Part shown: in pieces, positions 12,771 to 25,954 of the stretch
Layout: every line of letters starts with the position of its first letter
How positions within the stretch are numbered: position 1 is the first letter of the stretch
DNA from: Squalus acanthias
Lineage: Eukaryota
Assembly (NCBI GenBank): GCA_030390025.1
Contig: CM059432.1
Span: 58,592,001-58,656,000 of the forward strand
Direction of reading: 5' to 3'
DNA length: 64,000 nucleotides
Position numbers and translations under genes: made by a program
The notes under the pieces: model-generated
The model's database searches: none
Seen by the model: the letters and a program-made list of their open reading frames with translations, nothing else
What the model was told of the DNA's origin: nothing

Positions 12771-14664
12771 ATGTCATCTTTTAATGCTTGGTCCCAAGTA
12801 TTTCATGCCATTATGGTAGATTAGATTTTCATTCAATATACCCGGTATGAGGTTTAGCTAAATAGGAATACCAATGCCACAAACGTCCACATCTAGGAGA
12901 TTGTTTTTCATACAAGTTAAGCATGATTTTCCTCAGAGCTGTTCCCGCTCTGCCATCATAACTTTGCTGCACATGCAAATTCCATTTACATGATTAAACG
13001 GGGTTTCTGCGCACTTTTGGTAAAGTTATAACAGTGGAGCAGGAGCAGCTCCAAGGAAATTCATGCAGCTCAATGGACCTATTCTCATCACCCAAAAATG
13101 AGGGAGGGGTTAGAGGCCAATCTTTGTTTTCTCTTGCTGCCCCGGAGGAGCAGTCTAACACCACACAGGGCACACAGGGATCTCTCTCTCGAGTCTGTCA
13201 GAAAGAGAGAAACATTAGGCTGAGATATGAACATGTGCAGGCTGTAACAGAGGAAGTTAGGAGCTAACTAGTCTCAGGACAACTAGCTTGTGAGTACATT
13301 CTGCCCAGAAAGTGGCAAAGTCATGCATTTTGTTATTTTTATATGGCAGGAGTAGTAGTAGGGAATTGAGTGAATCTCACTGTGAAAACAATTTTTTGCA
13401 TATTCATATATTTCATTTAAAATAAAGCAGTTTGTTAGTTTACAATCGGCCTAATTTTAATTATGTTTTTCTGTTTGCCTTCCCAAAAGACAGGAGAATG
13501 CACAGTATGTGCAATATCATATTATCAACTACGTACAACAGGGGACCAATGTTATGATCCCCAGGTCACACGATTGTTTAAGTGGATATTGGATGGTAAA
13601 GGGGTGCTCCTAATCATAGGGGATGCAAGGTCTACTTATGGGAGTGACTAGTGACACCAAACACAGAGAGAATACCTAGTGTAGTTCCATGAAACTTGTA
13701 CCAGCCTATATGGCAGCAGTCTGAGCATTGAGGACAGGTGTTCTGAGAGGTTGCTCTGCAGATGATCTTGGAGCTGTCACTTGTTCCAAAGCTGACTGCA
13801 CATTTTCAATCCTGTGCCTTAGAACCTGAATAACACACTGCTATTAAAACCAACATTCCAATATAATACTGTTGTTAACAAATACAAAAAAAATTGTTGT
13901 TGATAAAGAGAATTTTAATCTGTGATTGAAAAACATTGGCATGTTTTATTGAATCCACCTATTTTATTGCTGCACAACAATTTGATTTAAACCTTTCTGA
14001 CTAAATTTAGCATTTAAAAGTATTGTAGTAAGTAAAAGTAACAAACTAATGAGTAAAGCAATACTCTTGTACTTCGATGTGTTAACAACATAATGACTCT
14101 TAAATTTACATGTAGTAGATCTTTTCTTTAAAAGATTGATTTTTTTTACAAAATTTAACTGCAGTTTTTTAAATCATTTAATATTAAAAAAGGCAAATGA
14201 AAAAGCTTAAAGTAATAGGCTTGTTAATTTGAACAAAAATAAGAAATGAAATTCTCGCTCCTTCCTCCAGTTAACCAGACCAGATTTAATCATCCATGCA
14301 CCATGTTATAGTATTAGTACTTTAAGTTTACTTTGGTTATTTGAAAAAAAAGACAGTACAGTACTGTTCAGTAGTCTTGTTGTCAGCTCATGTATCAGAC
14401 AGTAAATTTGATACAATCCTATCGGTGCCCTGCTTTGAGGACGTGGGGCACAGCAAATGGAATATAAGATGCAATTCAGTTTGGATCAATAGGCCGAGCT
14501 AAATCTGGTGTGTAGATGGTAAGTCTATCTGGTGCAGATGATTATTTCAACGCAAGACAGAAACAGCTGAGGTTACATCCATATAATCTACACACTGGGT
14601 TCAGCCAGTACTTGTGAAGGGCAAAAAGGTTATTTTGGTTCAGAATTTCTTATAAAAAATACAG

Positions 14665-15540
14665 GGGGAAAAGTTCGGTTGCTTTGCACCTCCCGTTAGC
14701 GCCCTAATGGGGCGCAAAGCAACTAGCGCCCGGGTGCGGCGATGTTTGCGCCGCTCGCGAAATTGACCAGACATTTTGTAGCGGCGCTAAACACTACCGC
14801 CACGATCTCCTGCGCCCGCGGATCGTGACGTCAGTCGAGCGTGCAACGCCCCGGTAGCACCCCGGATCGGATATTGTGTGGCGCCCCCTGCCTTACCGCC
14901 TGCCGCTAGCAACGACAGGTTGAGTGGATCGTTTTGCAGTCGGGAAGGGACTGGGGGAGCGTTATTTAAAGGCGACCGCTTCCTGCCTTTTTTTGTCGGC
15001 GACATTTTTGCACCATGCATTCTGAGAGAGAGAGACAGACATCTGGAGAGATTCAACGTTGTATGAAGGAGATTTGGGTACTGAGCAACACTTTGCAGGT
15101 TCATTTTGATTTGACCTTCCTTGCATTGATTTAGAAGCAACTGTGGGGGTTGCACTCTGAGCTCTTTCTCTGGGACTCTCCATTGTTCTTTCCAGCAGAT
15201 TTGATGTACAGGTCTCTCCAGGCCGAGATTCAAGGCTGCAATGAGCAGGGTGTGGCTGGAGAGCAAGATCGACCCTTCCCTTTAAGAACTGGCTGGTGCC
15301 AGTGTGTCTGTGTTCCATTGTTGACTGACATCACATGCGCTTCGCCAGCGCTCTGAGGTAGCTCCTCGCTCCTCGGTGTTAGCGCCTTAGAGGTGTGTAG
15401 TGCCTGATTTAGCGCTCCAATCACCACCAGGGGCGATAGAAGCCAAGTTTGCAGTCAGAGGCGATAATTAGCGCCAGGCGCTAAACTTAGCGCCTGGCCG
15501 ATAATTGCGCCCCAAACGGGGCGATACCGAACTTTCTTTA
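14665..15540. mobile_element. Harbinger-type MITE, inverted copy of the family at 60588-61480
   Basis: Starts GGGGAAAAGTTCGG; many TAGCGCC/GGCGC subterminal repeats; colinear with the reverse complement of 60588-61480. Confidence 0.85.
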
Positions 15541-15749
15541 AGAAGCTGGTATCCTTGTAAGTAGAGCAAACCATCAAATGTCCTTTTGCTTTGCATGTGT
15601 AAGATGGAAAACTAGATGTCAGAGGTGAAAACAGTAACTTGTCAATGCCACCTCAGAATACACTATTAGTATTTTTAGTTAAAAACTGAAAAGCAGTATT
15701 TAATTTTCCAAAATTTGGGCTTTATATTCGTTATGTTAATAGACACATT

Positions 15750-16472
15750 TTATTTAATATGTCAGAATAATTGGTGTTGATATGCATATCTTAGTGAGTT
15801 ATAACAAACAATAAATTTTTACCAATAAATCAAATATATAAAATGGAGCTTTTAATGTGGTCCGGGTACAGTGGTGCCAGGACCTCTGCTCTTTGGCCGT
15901 TGCTTGCACCTGCATTCCACTGAACTGACCGCACCCCATAATGCAAGATCAGCTTATTTAAATTAATTGTCAGTGCCCCTGACACATTATGCATGACACG
16001 CTTAGAGCACGCAAGGGGTGGGGTGGGGGGGGGGGGTGCAAGCTATGTGGTGCCAGCAGCTTTTAAAGGGCTACTGGTTGTCCTTAAAGGAGAGCTGGCT
16101 GGAAATGTAAAAGAATTACAGAAGTAGGGACCAGAGCCAGTGGGCCACCTATATCTATAGAGGCAGCCATTGAGACATAGCCACCATCCATCTCACTGCC
16201 TCTTCCCATTGGGAAAACACTTTGAAGAGGCACAAAATTAGGTTGCAAAAGACCATGGGAGTGAAATTCGGTAGGGGCTCTCCCGCTCGTCCACCATAAC
16301 TTTGTCAGAAGAGCTGCAGAAACAATGGAAAATTATCCAAATTGTTGGACCATTGCACCCGGACCACATTAAAAGCCCCATTTTATATATTTGATTTATT
16401 GGTAAAAATCTATTGTTTGTTATAACTCACTAAGATATGCATATCAACACCAATTATTCTGACATTAAATAA
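15750..16472. repeat. Inverted repeat with ~128-bp arms (15750-15879 and 16346-16472)
   Basis: GTCAGAATAATTGGTGTTGATATGCATATCTTAGTGAGTTATAACAAAC...TTAATGTGGTCCGGGT reappears reverse-complemented with few mismatches. Confidence 0.9.
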
Positions 16473-16479
16473 CATTGCT

Positions 16480-18680
16480 ATAAATCAGCAACAGTAGTGG
16501 TCCCAACATCAATCCTTGGAACATCGTACTCAGTATTTTCCCTCTTCACCCCTACATCTAGGTACAACACATAAGTCTTAGCACAGTCCACGTAGAATGT
16601 CACTTCCTCAAAGAAATTGAGGTGATTGCCCAGGCAGGATCTTCCCTTTCTTACTCTATGTTGACAGGTTAATTAAATTATCATTGTATAGCTGATCTTC
16701 AAGTTTACTTTCATTTGATTATTTTACACTGGATTAAAGTAAGACTAATGGGTCTAAAGCCTAAATCTGATTGGTCGCTCTTTTTGCATATGGGCTGGCC
16801 TGTTTCCAATCAGCAGTGTAATTCCCCATTGTCCAGTGACTCCCTCATAATGATTGTCAGTGCATCACAAATCTCTTCTCTAGTCTCATTTAGCACTCTG
16901 GGCTAAATATTGTCTATACTTTGGGATTTATTTGTTTTTTGAGCTCTTCTAGCCTATCTAGGACTTCCAGCTCAGATATGCCATTAATTTTACCTGGATA
17001 ACTCTGTTTGGGGAGGGCATGTTGTTCATGTCTTCCCTTGTGAATACTTAGAGGAAGTATCCATTCATTGCTATCCTGTGCTCGTCCTCTGTTACAAGTT
17101 TCCATCTTCTATGATTCTCACCTCTTCTATCATTGCCATCTTACTACTGAAATACTGAAAGAAATTAATTATTATATTTTGCATCAGCAATTATACTATT
17201 TCTCAGTCTGTCTTTGCTTCTCTGATCACCCTTATAATATGTCTCTGTATTATTCTTATATTCATCCCTCTGCCCCTCTATTCCATTTAAAATCTTCCCC
17301 GTTAACTCTCTTATGTGATACCTGATCAAATGCTTTTTAAAAATCCATATGAATCACATCCATTACATTTCCTTTATCTATCTCCTCTGTTATTTGAAAC
17401 ATAACCTGCATTTTAGAAATTTGTGCTGACTGACCTTGATTAACCTATGTTTCTCTAAGAGCTTAGTAATTTAATTTATTGACTGAAGTAACTGAAATGG
17501 CCTATAATTTTGTGGTTTATTGCTGTCTCCTATTTTGAAGAAGGATAAAATATTTGCCACCCTCCAGTCCTCTAGCACAATTTTCCTTTCTAAAGAATTT
17601 TGGAAAATTAGTCAGAGCCTCCACATTTTCTTCCCTTGCTTCCCTCAGGATCCTCAAATGTAAGCTATCAGGGTCTGCTGATTGGTTTACCTTAAGTTTA
17701 AGTAACTTCTTTAGTATTATCTCTTCTTATGTGTTTGGCTCAAAGTTAGCACTCTCACCACTGAATCAGAAAGTTGTGTGTATAATCTAGCCTGATACTT
17801 CAGTGCAGTACTGAGTGCTGTATTGTCAGAAGTGCTGTGTTTCGGCTGAGATGTACAACTGAGGTCCTGTCTGCCTGTTTAGGTGGACATAAAAGATTCC
17901 ATGGCACTTTTTTTTGAAGAAGAGCAGTGTCCTAGCCAACATTCATCCCTCAACCAACACCAGCAAAAGAGATGAACTGTGATTCATCTCATTGATGTTT
18001 GTGGGGCCTTTCTGTGTGCAGATTGGGTACCGTGTTTGCCTAAAAAAAAACATTCTTTTAAAAAAAAGTAATTAATTGGCTATGAAGTATTTTGAGATGT
18101 CCCGAAAACATGAAAGGCACTCTATAAATGCAAGCCGTTTTTATTTCTTTGAACAGTAATCTCCACTAACTGTTCTATATCCACCTCTGTTGGTTCTACA
18201 ATCTCAATATCCAACTCCTCTGAAAACTGAGGCAAAGTGCTTGTTTAGTGTTTCTGCCATTCCCTCACTCTCCACTATAAGCTTTCCTCCTTCATCTCTC
18301 AGTGGCCCTATCCATACGTTACTACCCTTCCAGTTTCTGGAATGTTTCCCTACTTCGGGATCACCTATTTGCTGCAATTCATTACCCAGAAGCAAGTTAA
18401 GTAGTGCTTCCTTCCTTATTTGAGTAGTAACATATTGAATGAGAAAACAGTCTTAAGCACATTACAAAACCTACAAAAAAACTTTCCTTTATCACCAGAC
18501 ACATTTGGCTTACCCTAGTCTATTTTTGGATAATTTAAAGCGCTGATAATTATGATTATTGTTAATACAATTCTTTTTAATGCATCTGAAGATTTCATCC
18601 TCACTTTCCTTTGCACTGTTCAGTGGTCTGTAACATACTTCCAATAATATGACCAATCTCTTGCTATTTCTTAGCTCATG
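16480..18680 (-). mobile_element. Very old CR1 fragments
   Basis: Minus-strand remnants of RSCL..L..FFEEVT, YMDF.KAFD.V, DWRVANI..FKIGD and IGPLRDE...MAETLNKHFASVF. Confidence 0.6.
17735..18148 (+). mobile_element. Deu-domain SINE (SacSINE1/AmnSINE1-like)
   Basis: Deu-core-like AGGTGGACATAAAAGATTCCATGGCACT...GAAGAAGAGCAG.TGTCCTAGCCAACATT.ATCCCTCAACCAAC and tail GAAAGGCACTCTATAAATGCAAG. Confidence 0.8.
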
Positions 18681-19359
18681 AGCTGTTCAGAGCCACTTGG
18701 TTCCTAAAATTGGGCCTTTCAAATTCTGATATGTCAATGCGAAAGCATACTGAAAATAGATTTAAATATCCTGTTGAATATTTACACACAATGACACCTC
18801 ATGCTGGGAATAAAGTAAACACCTTGAGGCATAAACAAAGTGACGTAGCACCATGACAATGCCCAAGGAAAATTCAACCCAACTAATGTGCCACTGTTGT
18901 TGACCAGTAAACTGATTTGTACTTTGAAAGTTATTTAATGTACAGCCTCTAGAGGAGTATTGATTTTAATCATGGACATGATTAAGGCAGCAGTACACAG
19001 CGACTATGTGAATACAACATCTGGCGAATCTTTCATTTTATCTGATTAACTTACTAAAGTCCTCTTGGCATGTTGTACTGTGATTATTGTTAATCACATT
19101 ATTTTGAAAGTTATTGGGGGTGAAACTCGATTAAGCTGAAAAACGGGTGTGGGGAGCACAAAGCGGTGCAGGCAGCACGCATAATACATGCTGCCCGCTC
19201 ATTATAATGATTGGAGCGCTGATCTCAGCGCTAAACGCGCTGCTGATTGGCTTAGTGCTCAACAGGCGGGCCAATATCGGGGGCAGTCTACTGGCCAATA
19301 AAATTTTGCCTAGACTCTCTGCACTACTTAAAGGTGAGTCGCTTTGTCACTCTGAAGCC

Positions 19360-21793
19360 ATGGCTCAACAGGGAAGACAGAGGGCAAGGAGGTTCTCAGA
19401 TGCAGCACTGGAGGACTTGATCCTAGGGTCCACAGAAGAAGACAGGTCCTCTACCCGCAGGGGACAGGATGCCTTGCAGCCACCACGCCAGAAGGCAGTG
19501 GGAGGAGATCGCTCAAGCTGTCAGTGCCACATGTGTTGCCCCCAGGACGTTGTTCCAGTGCCGCAAGAAGTTTAATGACCTCACACAAGAGGTCAAGGTG
19601 AGTGAATGCATCTTCAAATGCCATATCCCACCATCTGCACCACTAGCCTCACACACTGCTCAATGCACCACACCCCATCACTCGCCTACCAACAATCTCT
19701 AGCAATCACCACACATACCTCACAATCATAGCTTCATCTTACCCTCACACACTTACCACTACTGCAAGACTCACACCCACATCTTGCACACACTGCCAGC
19801 TATTCACCATGGCAGGCACATCACCCAAGCACATTGCACCACACTCACTGACACACTTCCCTTTCTCTTGCAGGCAAAGGTGGCTCACAACCGCCAGGAG
19901 CAGCAACAGATGGGCGGAGGGGAAACCCGTCTTCAGAATCTCACTGAACTGGAGGAGACAGTGCTGGAGATCATTGGAGGGGCCGTCACTGAGGCTGTGA
20001 TGAGTGGCACGGTTGAAAGCATTGCTGAAGATGGCGGTATGCTCATACCTAATCCTCCTCCTCACATCCTACTTCCCCCTCATCCCACAATCTCTTCTCA
20101 CTTACAAGCTGCTGATGGTGTAAGTATGCACATCTTGCTTTCCCCCCTTCCCCTCACCACAACCTGACCCTTGTGCCTTTGTTCTTTCAGATACCCAAGA
20201 ACTGTCCCCGACCAAGGAGAGGAGGAGAGTGATGGCGAAGAAGAGGCACTGTCACTTGATCTGACACTCGCAGGCACCAGCTCAGAAAATGGCACTGCAC
20301 ATACTTTAGAGGGTAGTATAGAGGCGGGATCTGCATGTGGTGAGTCACCGGGCATGAGTGGGCTGCAGCCAAACCAGGGGAAAGGGTAGTTTGGGTGGCA
20401 GCTCCCAGGAGAGCGAGTTCGCGCATGACTTCTGCTGCAGAGGACTCAGATGATGACTTTGATGGGGCGGCCTTCAGAAGAAGGGTGATGGGCATACACA
20501 CAGAAATGCTTGGTGCAAGTCTGCCAGAGAGCCTCTTGTCAGCATCAAGGAGCATGGAGGAGACTGGCTCCGACATTGCACGGGGTTTGCGCGGAGCTTG
20601 AAGCCCATGATTTCCAGAATGGAATTGTGGGCAACATCCATTTGCGCACTTGTGGACCCAACCATGATGCTGGGTGTGATGGCCGATGTCTCAGCTTCCA
20701 TTGCAGCACAAGCGGAAGCAACTCAACATCTGAGTACAGCAGACATTGGGTCGCTTCCCCGGCGAGTGGCAGTGGCTCCGTGGAGCAAGAACCTACTGTC
20801 CTCTCTCAGGATGACAGCATTCCTACTCCCACCACTGCCACTCCGCCATTGCCCTTGCTGCTCCCTGTCAGCCAGCCAGTCCAGACTGCTGCCACCCAAG
20901 CCAAGGTGGTGCAGTCTACAGCCGGGCTTTCTAGGCCCTGAGCTGCTCGAGATTGTCCTGCAAGGCCTTCTGCAGTCTCCCCCATGGAAAGTCAGCAGCC
21001 TTCCACCAGCCATGCTGATGCCACTGGGGTAGCACTAAGACAGGCAAAAGAATACGAAAGACAGACACATATGGGCTGGATTTTCATTGACCCGTGGAGG
21101 CGGGTTTGGAGGCGTGTGGGGGGTTAAAATTGCGAAAACTGGCAGGTGGGCACAAGTCCGCCTCCACACAATTTTCATTAAATCGCGTCTCTGCTGGTCC
21201 CGACTCCGTCCCGCCTTTAAGAGGCAGGATAGGTTGTTAAGGCCCTTAAGGCCCTTAACAAGCACTAAATTGCCTCTATAATGCCATTTTGAAAGGCCTT
21301 TGTGATTTTAACCCTTGTTCTACGTGAAGCACACCTGTTCTGAACACGATTGTGAAACCTGGCGGGAGCACATTTGGATATGGATAGTTGACGCTGGCTG
21401 GATAGCTGGATGGATGGATGGATGATGGATGGCTGTGGGGATGGATGTATATATGGATAGCTATGTGGAGGAGACATATCTGGGAGTGGTGGTGTAAAAA
21501 TATCTGGACGCAGACTTAGGACTGCTGCTGCTCATTTTGCAGGTCCTCTCACAGCAAAGGCCAGGCAGTGTTTGAAGACCTTCAATGCAGCAGCAATGAT
21601 GACATCATCAGAGGCGACTTTCAGACTGAAAACACTAATTGGTTCATGGGTTCCCACATGCTGGAACTCAATTGCCCAATTAGGTGAAAATTGCATCAAT
21701 CTCCCACATCCAATTGCAGTCGGGTGGATAACACGACCCCAACCCACCCCAGTATCAAAATCCAGCCCTAAGGGAATGCACAAGGTTGATTAG
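19360..21793 (+). pseudogene. Harbinger Myb/SANT-like (trihelix) gene, 3 exons: 19360-19597, 19874-20036, 20191-21793 (exon 3 split by a MITE)
   Basis: MAQQGRQRARRFSDAALE..RRQWEEIAQAVS..RTLFQCRKKFNDL; splice sites AAG|GTGAGT, TTGCAG|, GCG|GTATGC, TTTCAG|; frameshifts and stops. Confidence 0.85.
21073..21768. mobile_element. Harbinger-type MITE inserted at the 3' end of the element A Myb gene
   Basis: Perfect 12-bp TIR GGGCTGGATTTT/AAAATCCAGCCC; same family as 9864-10697; TSD imperfect (TAT/TAA). Confidence 0.9.
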
Positions 21794-21958
21794 TTGATGT
21801 TGTTGTGTAGTTTTGCATTGATTCATTTATAAATTATGTTTGGAATGTTTGTTTCGTGGTGGCTCTCATTTCAACTTTGTGCCCAAGAGAAAGCTGTGGT
21901 GTTTCGTGACAGAGGGATGGTAAGATGGGGATGTGGTGAGCAACGGGGATCTGGGATT

Positions 21959-23121
21959 TCATTCAGGGGAACCGGAGTCTGATGAGGTGCTCACGGACAG
22001 CCCATCAGGAATGGGGATCTGCTGCCTGCCTCCTCCTTCCTCCTCTTCCTCCATCTCCGTCTCCTCTTCCTCCTCTTCCTCCTGAGGTGGTCGCAGAAGT
22101 CGTGGTGGCAAAAACTGCGTCCTCATGCTGGCCAAGTTGCGGAGGATGCTGCAGACCACCACAAAATGAGACACCAGTTCCGGCGTGTACTGGAGGGCTC
22201 CTCCCAAGTGGTCAAGGCAGCGGAACAATTGCTTTAGCACCCCAATGGTCTGCTTGATGAGGTTCCTCGTGGCAGCATTCCTCTCCTTATATGAGTGCTG
22301 CCCATGAGTGGTGGGGTTGCGGAGGGGAGTCATTAGCCAGGTGTAGAGTGGATAGCCCTTGTTTTCGAGCAGCCACCTTGGGTTTGACGCGATGGCTGGA
22401 AGATTGCTGGCACAGCAGACTGGCGCAGGATGAAGGCATCATGACTGTTGCCTGGATACCCGGCAGTCACCGTCATGATGTGCTGGGCGTGCTTGCATAC
22501 CAACTGCACATTAAGTGAGTGGTAGTCTTTGCAGTTGCCGTACATTTCAGGATTGATATCCGGTACCCGCAAAGCCACGTGTGTGCAGTCGATGGCGCTC
22601 TGCACTATGGGGAAGCTCGATATCCTGGCAAAGCCACGTGCACGCTCCTCCTGCTTCTCTCTGTTCAGAGAGAAGACAATGATGTCCCTTCTCCTGGAGT
22701 ACAGAGCCTCTGTGCACTCTCGGCTGCAGCGATGGATGGCGAACTAGGAGATGTTAGCTATGTCTCCTGCTCCAGACTGGAAGGATCCATTGTCAGAAAA
22801 ATTGAGGGCCACAGTGTCCTTGAGGGCCACTGGCAGTGCCGTCGTCGCCCTGCTCTGAGGCTGCAGGTATCATTCCAAGAGGTGGCAGCATTCTGTGACC
22901 ACCTCCTTGGTGAAGCGGAGCCTCCTAATACACTGCTCCTGATTTAAGTGCTGGTCGAAAAAGTGCCCCCGGAAGACCCGAGGTGGGTAAGGCCTCCTGC
23001 TGAGAGCCTTCCTGCCCTTCCTCCTCCTCCCTCTGATAGCAGCTTGTTCTCTTCTTTGCTGCCTCTGCTCCATCTCCCTGTCATATTCCCGCCTGAGGGG
23101 GTCTGCAAGTAGAGCCCTCAT
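21959..23121 (-). pseudogene. Harbinger DDE nuclease (HARBI1-like) of element A, frameshifted
   Basis: RRPYPPRVFR, QCIRRLRFTKEVV, AIDCTHVAL, HSLNVQLVC, YPGNSHDAFIL, IKQTIGVLKQLFRCLD, acidic C-terminus. Confidence 0.9.
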
Positions 23122-23555
23122 GATTGGGAGCAAGTGGTCTGACCAGTACCCTTTAAATCAGATGCAAGGCGTTCTCCACTTGCAGCACAACTTCCTGTCA
23201 CCTCAGCAACTTTAAATAACTAGAAAATTCCAAACAGTTGCACAAACTTACACAGAGCCAGTAGAAATCAAAAAACAAGCCACCTGCAAGTTATTGCTGA
23301 TCCCTGTAAATAGCACTGGTGGGAGGTACTTACTGCTGCTGAACGCATGTTCAGCTGTTCTTGATTTGAAGAGGGCGTTGAATGGAGTGGCAATGTCAAA
23401 AATGGCAGGTTGTGCATCAAATCAGTGTTGCACACTGATTGATGTCATGATATGCTTCATTACCATTTTTCTAGTGAGCGCTTGCAACGGCCGTGCTGCC
23501 GACCTGCCCAAAATGGTGACCGCCGCGGGACGCACTGGAAGTGAGCGTAAACCCA

Positions 23556-25954
23556 CTCAATAAAATTAACGTAAGTAAAATAATAGTAATGAAGAAAATA
23601 ATGAAACTAAAGAGTGACAAATCCCCAGGACCAGATGCTTTCTATCCCTGGATTTTAAAGGAAGTAGGTGAGCACATTGCAGACGCCCTAACTATAATCT
23701 TCCAAAGTTCTCTCAATTCAGGAACCATCCCTTTAGATTGGAAAAATGGATATGTCACTCGGCTACTTAGGAATGGTGAGAGAGAAAAACCAGGGAATTA
23801 TAGACCAGTTAGCCTAACATCTGTTGCCAGGAAATTACTAGAGGCTATAATTAAGGATAGAGTGACTGAACAGCTTGAAAATTTTCAGCTGATCAGAGAG
23901 AGCCAGCATGGACTTGTGAAAGGTAAGCCATGCGTGACGAACCTGATTGAATTTTTTGAAGAAGTGACTAAAGTAGTGGACAGGGGAATGTCTATGGATG
24001 TTATTTATATGGACATCCAGAAGACATTTGATAAAGTCCCTCATAAGAGACTGTTAACTAAAGTTGAAGTCCATGGAATTGAAGGTAAATTATTGACCTG
24101 GTTAGGAAATTGGCTGAGCGACAGGAGACAGAGAGTAGGGATAATGGGCAGGTACTCAAATTGGCAGGATGTGACTAGTGGTGTCCTGCAGGGATCTGTG
24201 TTGGGGCCTCAACTATTCACAATATTTATTAACAACTTATATGATGGCACAGAAAGTCATGGGCCAGAAATTCAGCTTTCAGGCTTCCTGCGGGTGCAAG
24301 CATCGCGCGAGTACTTGCCTACCGCGCCTGCAGTGGTGCTTTGGGCCCACGAGGACTTTGGGTCCTGGGCCTCCTCCAGCTGCCGGCGCGCAGTGCTTGT
24401 GTATCCCAGGGGTGCAGTTAGTTCGAAGCGTCCCCTGGGATCACGTGGGCCATGGAGAGCCAATCCTAGCAGGGCATTTTCATTCATAGATTTGACAGGA
24501 AGACTTGTCAAATCTATGAATAGAGATCGGCCCCAAAACCACACTTAAACTTCAAATATTTTTTTTTAATCTCATTTTTAAAATAACTATAAGTTAAATA
24601 AATTAACTACTGTAAACAAAAATTTTAATTTTTGAAAAAATTAATTATACTTTGTAACGGTGCTAAAAATAAACTTACCTTTCTTTAAAGTATGTAAAAA
24701 AGATAAACCTGTTGAAAATTTTTTTAAATTGTAATTAATTAACCACTTACCTTGTTAAAAACGGGCCTTGCGCCTCCTTTTTAAAAGCGCAGCTTCTTCA
24801 TACTTACCTTCCTGGAGAAACCTGAAAAAAAAATCGAAGTTCGCTGCGTGCGCGCAGCCTCGCACGCGCACGCGTTCGACTTCTGAACCCCTCCCTTCAG
24901 TGGAACGGAAGTTCCGGTTTCCCGCGCATGCGCAGTGCATGCAGGAAACCGGCACGTCAGATGGCCTTACGGGTGAGTACACAACGCGTACTCACCCGAC
25001 AACAGCCGAATTTCTGGCCCCATATATCCAAATTTGCCGATGACACAAAGATAGGCGGCATTGTAAGCAGTGTAGATGAAAGCATAAAATTACAAAGAGA
25101 TATTGACAGATAAAGTGAATGGGCAAAACTGTGGCAAATGGATTTCAATGTAGGCAAATGTGTGGTCATCCACTTTGGACCTAAAAAGGATAGAACAGGG
25201 TACTTTCTAAATGGTGAAAAGCTAAAAACAGTGGCGGTCCAAAGAGACTTGGGGGTCCAGGTACATAGATTGTTCAAATGTCATGAACAGGTACAGAAAA
25301 TAATCAAAAAGGCTAATGGGATGCTGGCCTTTACATCTGGAGGACTAGAATACAAGGGGGTAGCAGCTATGCTGCAGCTATACAAAACCCTGGTTAGACC
25401 ACTCCTGGAGTACTGTGAGCAGTTCTGGGCACCAAACCTTAGGAAGGATATATTGGCCTTGGAGGGAGTGCAGCGTACGTTTACCAGAATGATACCTGGA
25501 CTCCATGGGTTAAATTACAAGGAGAGATTACACAAACTAGGGTTGTATTCCCTAGAATTTAGAAGGTTAAGGGGTGATTTGATCGAAGTTTTCAAGATAT
25601 GAAGGGGAACAGCTAGGTTAGATGGAGAGAAACTATTTCCGCTGGTTGGGGATTCTAGGACTAGGGGCATAGTCTAAAAATTAGAGCCAGACCTTTCAGG
25701 AGTGAAATTCGGAAACACTTCTACACACAAAGGGTGGTAGAAGTTTGGAACTCTCTTGAGCAAACGGCAATTGATTCTAGATCAATTGTTAATTTTAAAT
25801 CTGAGATCGATAGATTTTTGTTAACCAAAGGTATTAACGGATATGGGGCAAAGAAAGATAGATGAAGTTAGGTCACAGATCAGCCATAATCTCATTGAAT
25901 GGCGGAACAGGATCAAGGGGCTAAATGGCCTACTCCTGTTCCTATGTTCATATG
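23556..25954 (+). mobile_element. 5'-truncated CR1 LINE interrupted by a MITE
   Basis: KSPGPD..YP.ILKE, NYRPVSLTS, QGSVLGPQLF, then SKFADDTK after the insert; CR1 3' tail CCTATGTTCATATG. Confidence 0.95.
24261..25020. mobile_element. Harbinger-type MITE (760 bp), TSD CAT
   Basis: CAT|GGGCCAGAAATTCAGCT ... AGCCGAATTTCTGGCCC|CAT (16/17 TIR); removal restores CR1 DGTESHISKFADDTK. Confidence 0.95.

Larger units (their letters stand above)
19116..23550. mobile_element. Harbinger element A (Myb/SANT gene on +, nuclease on -, tail-to-tail); right end disrupted by CR1
   Basis: Starts GGGGGTGAAACTCG with GC-rich subterminal region; both genes recognisable; CR1 begins at ~23556. Confidence 0.85.

Noticed and set aside
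14387..14518. Plus-strand coding exon ending GATG|GTAAGT
   Set aside because: All three frames contain stops
23541..24548. 335-aa ORF as a functional RT gene
   Set aside because: Chimera: CR1 RT truncated before FADD and read through into the MITE at 24261
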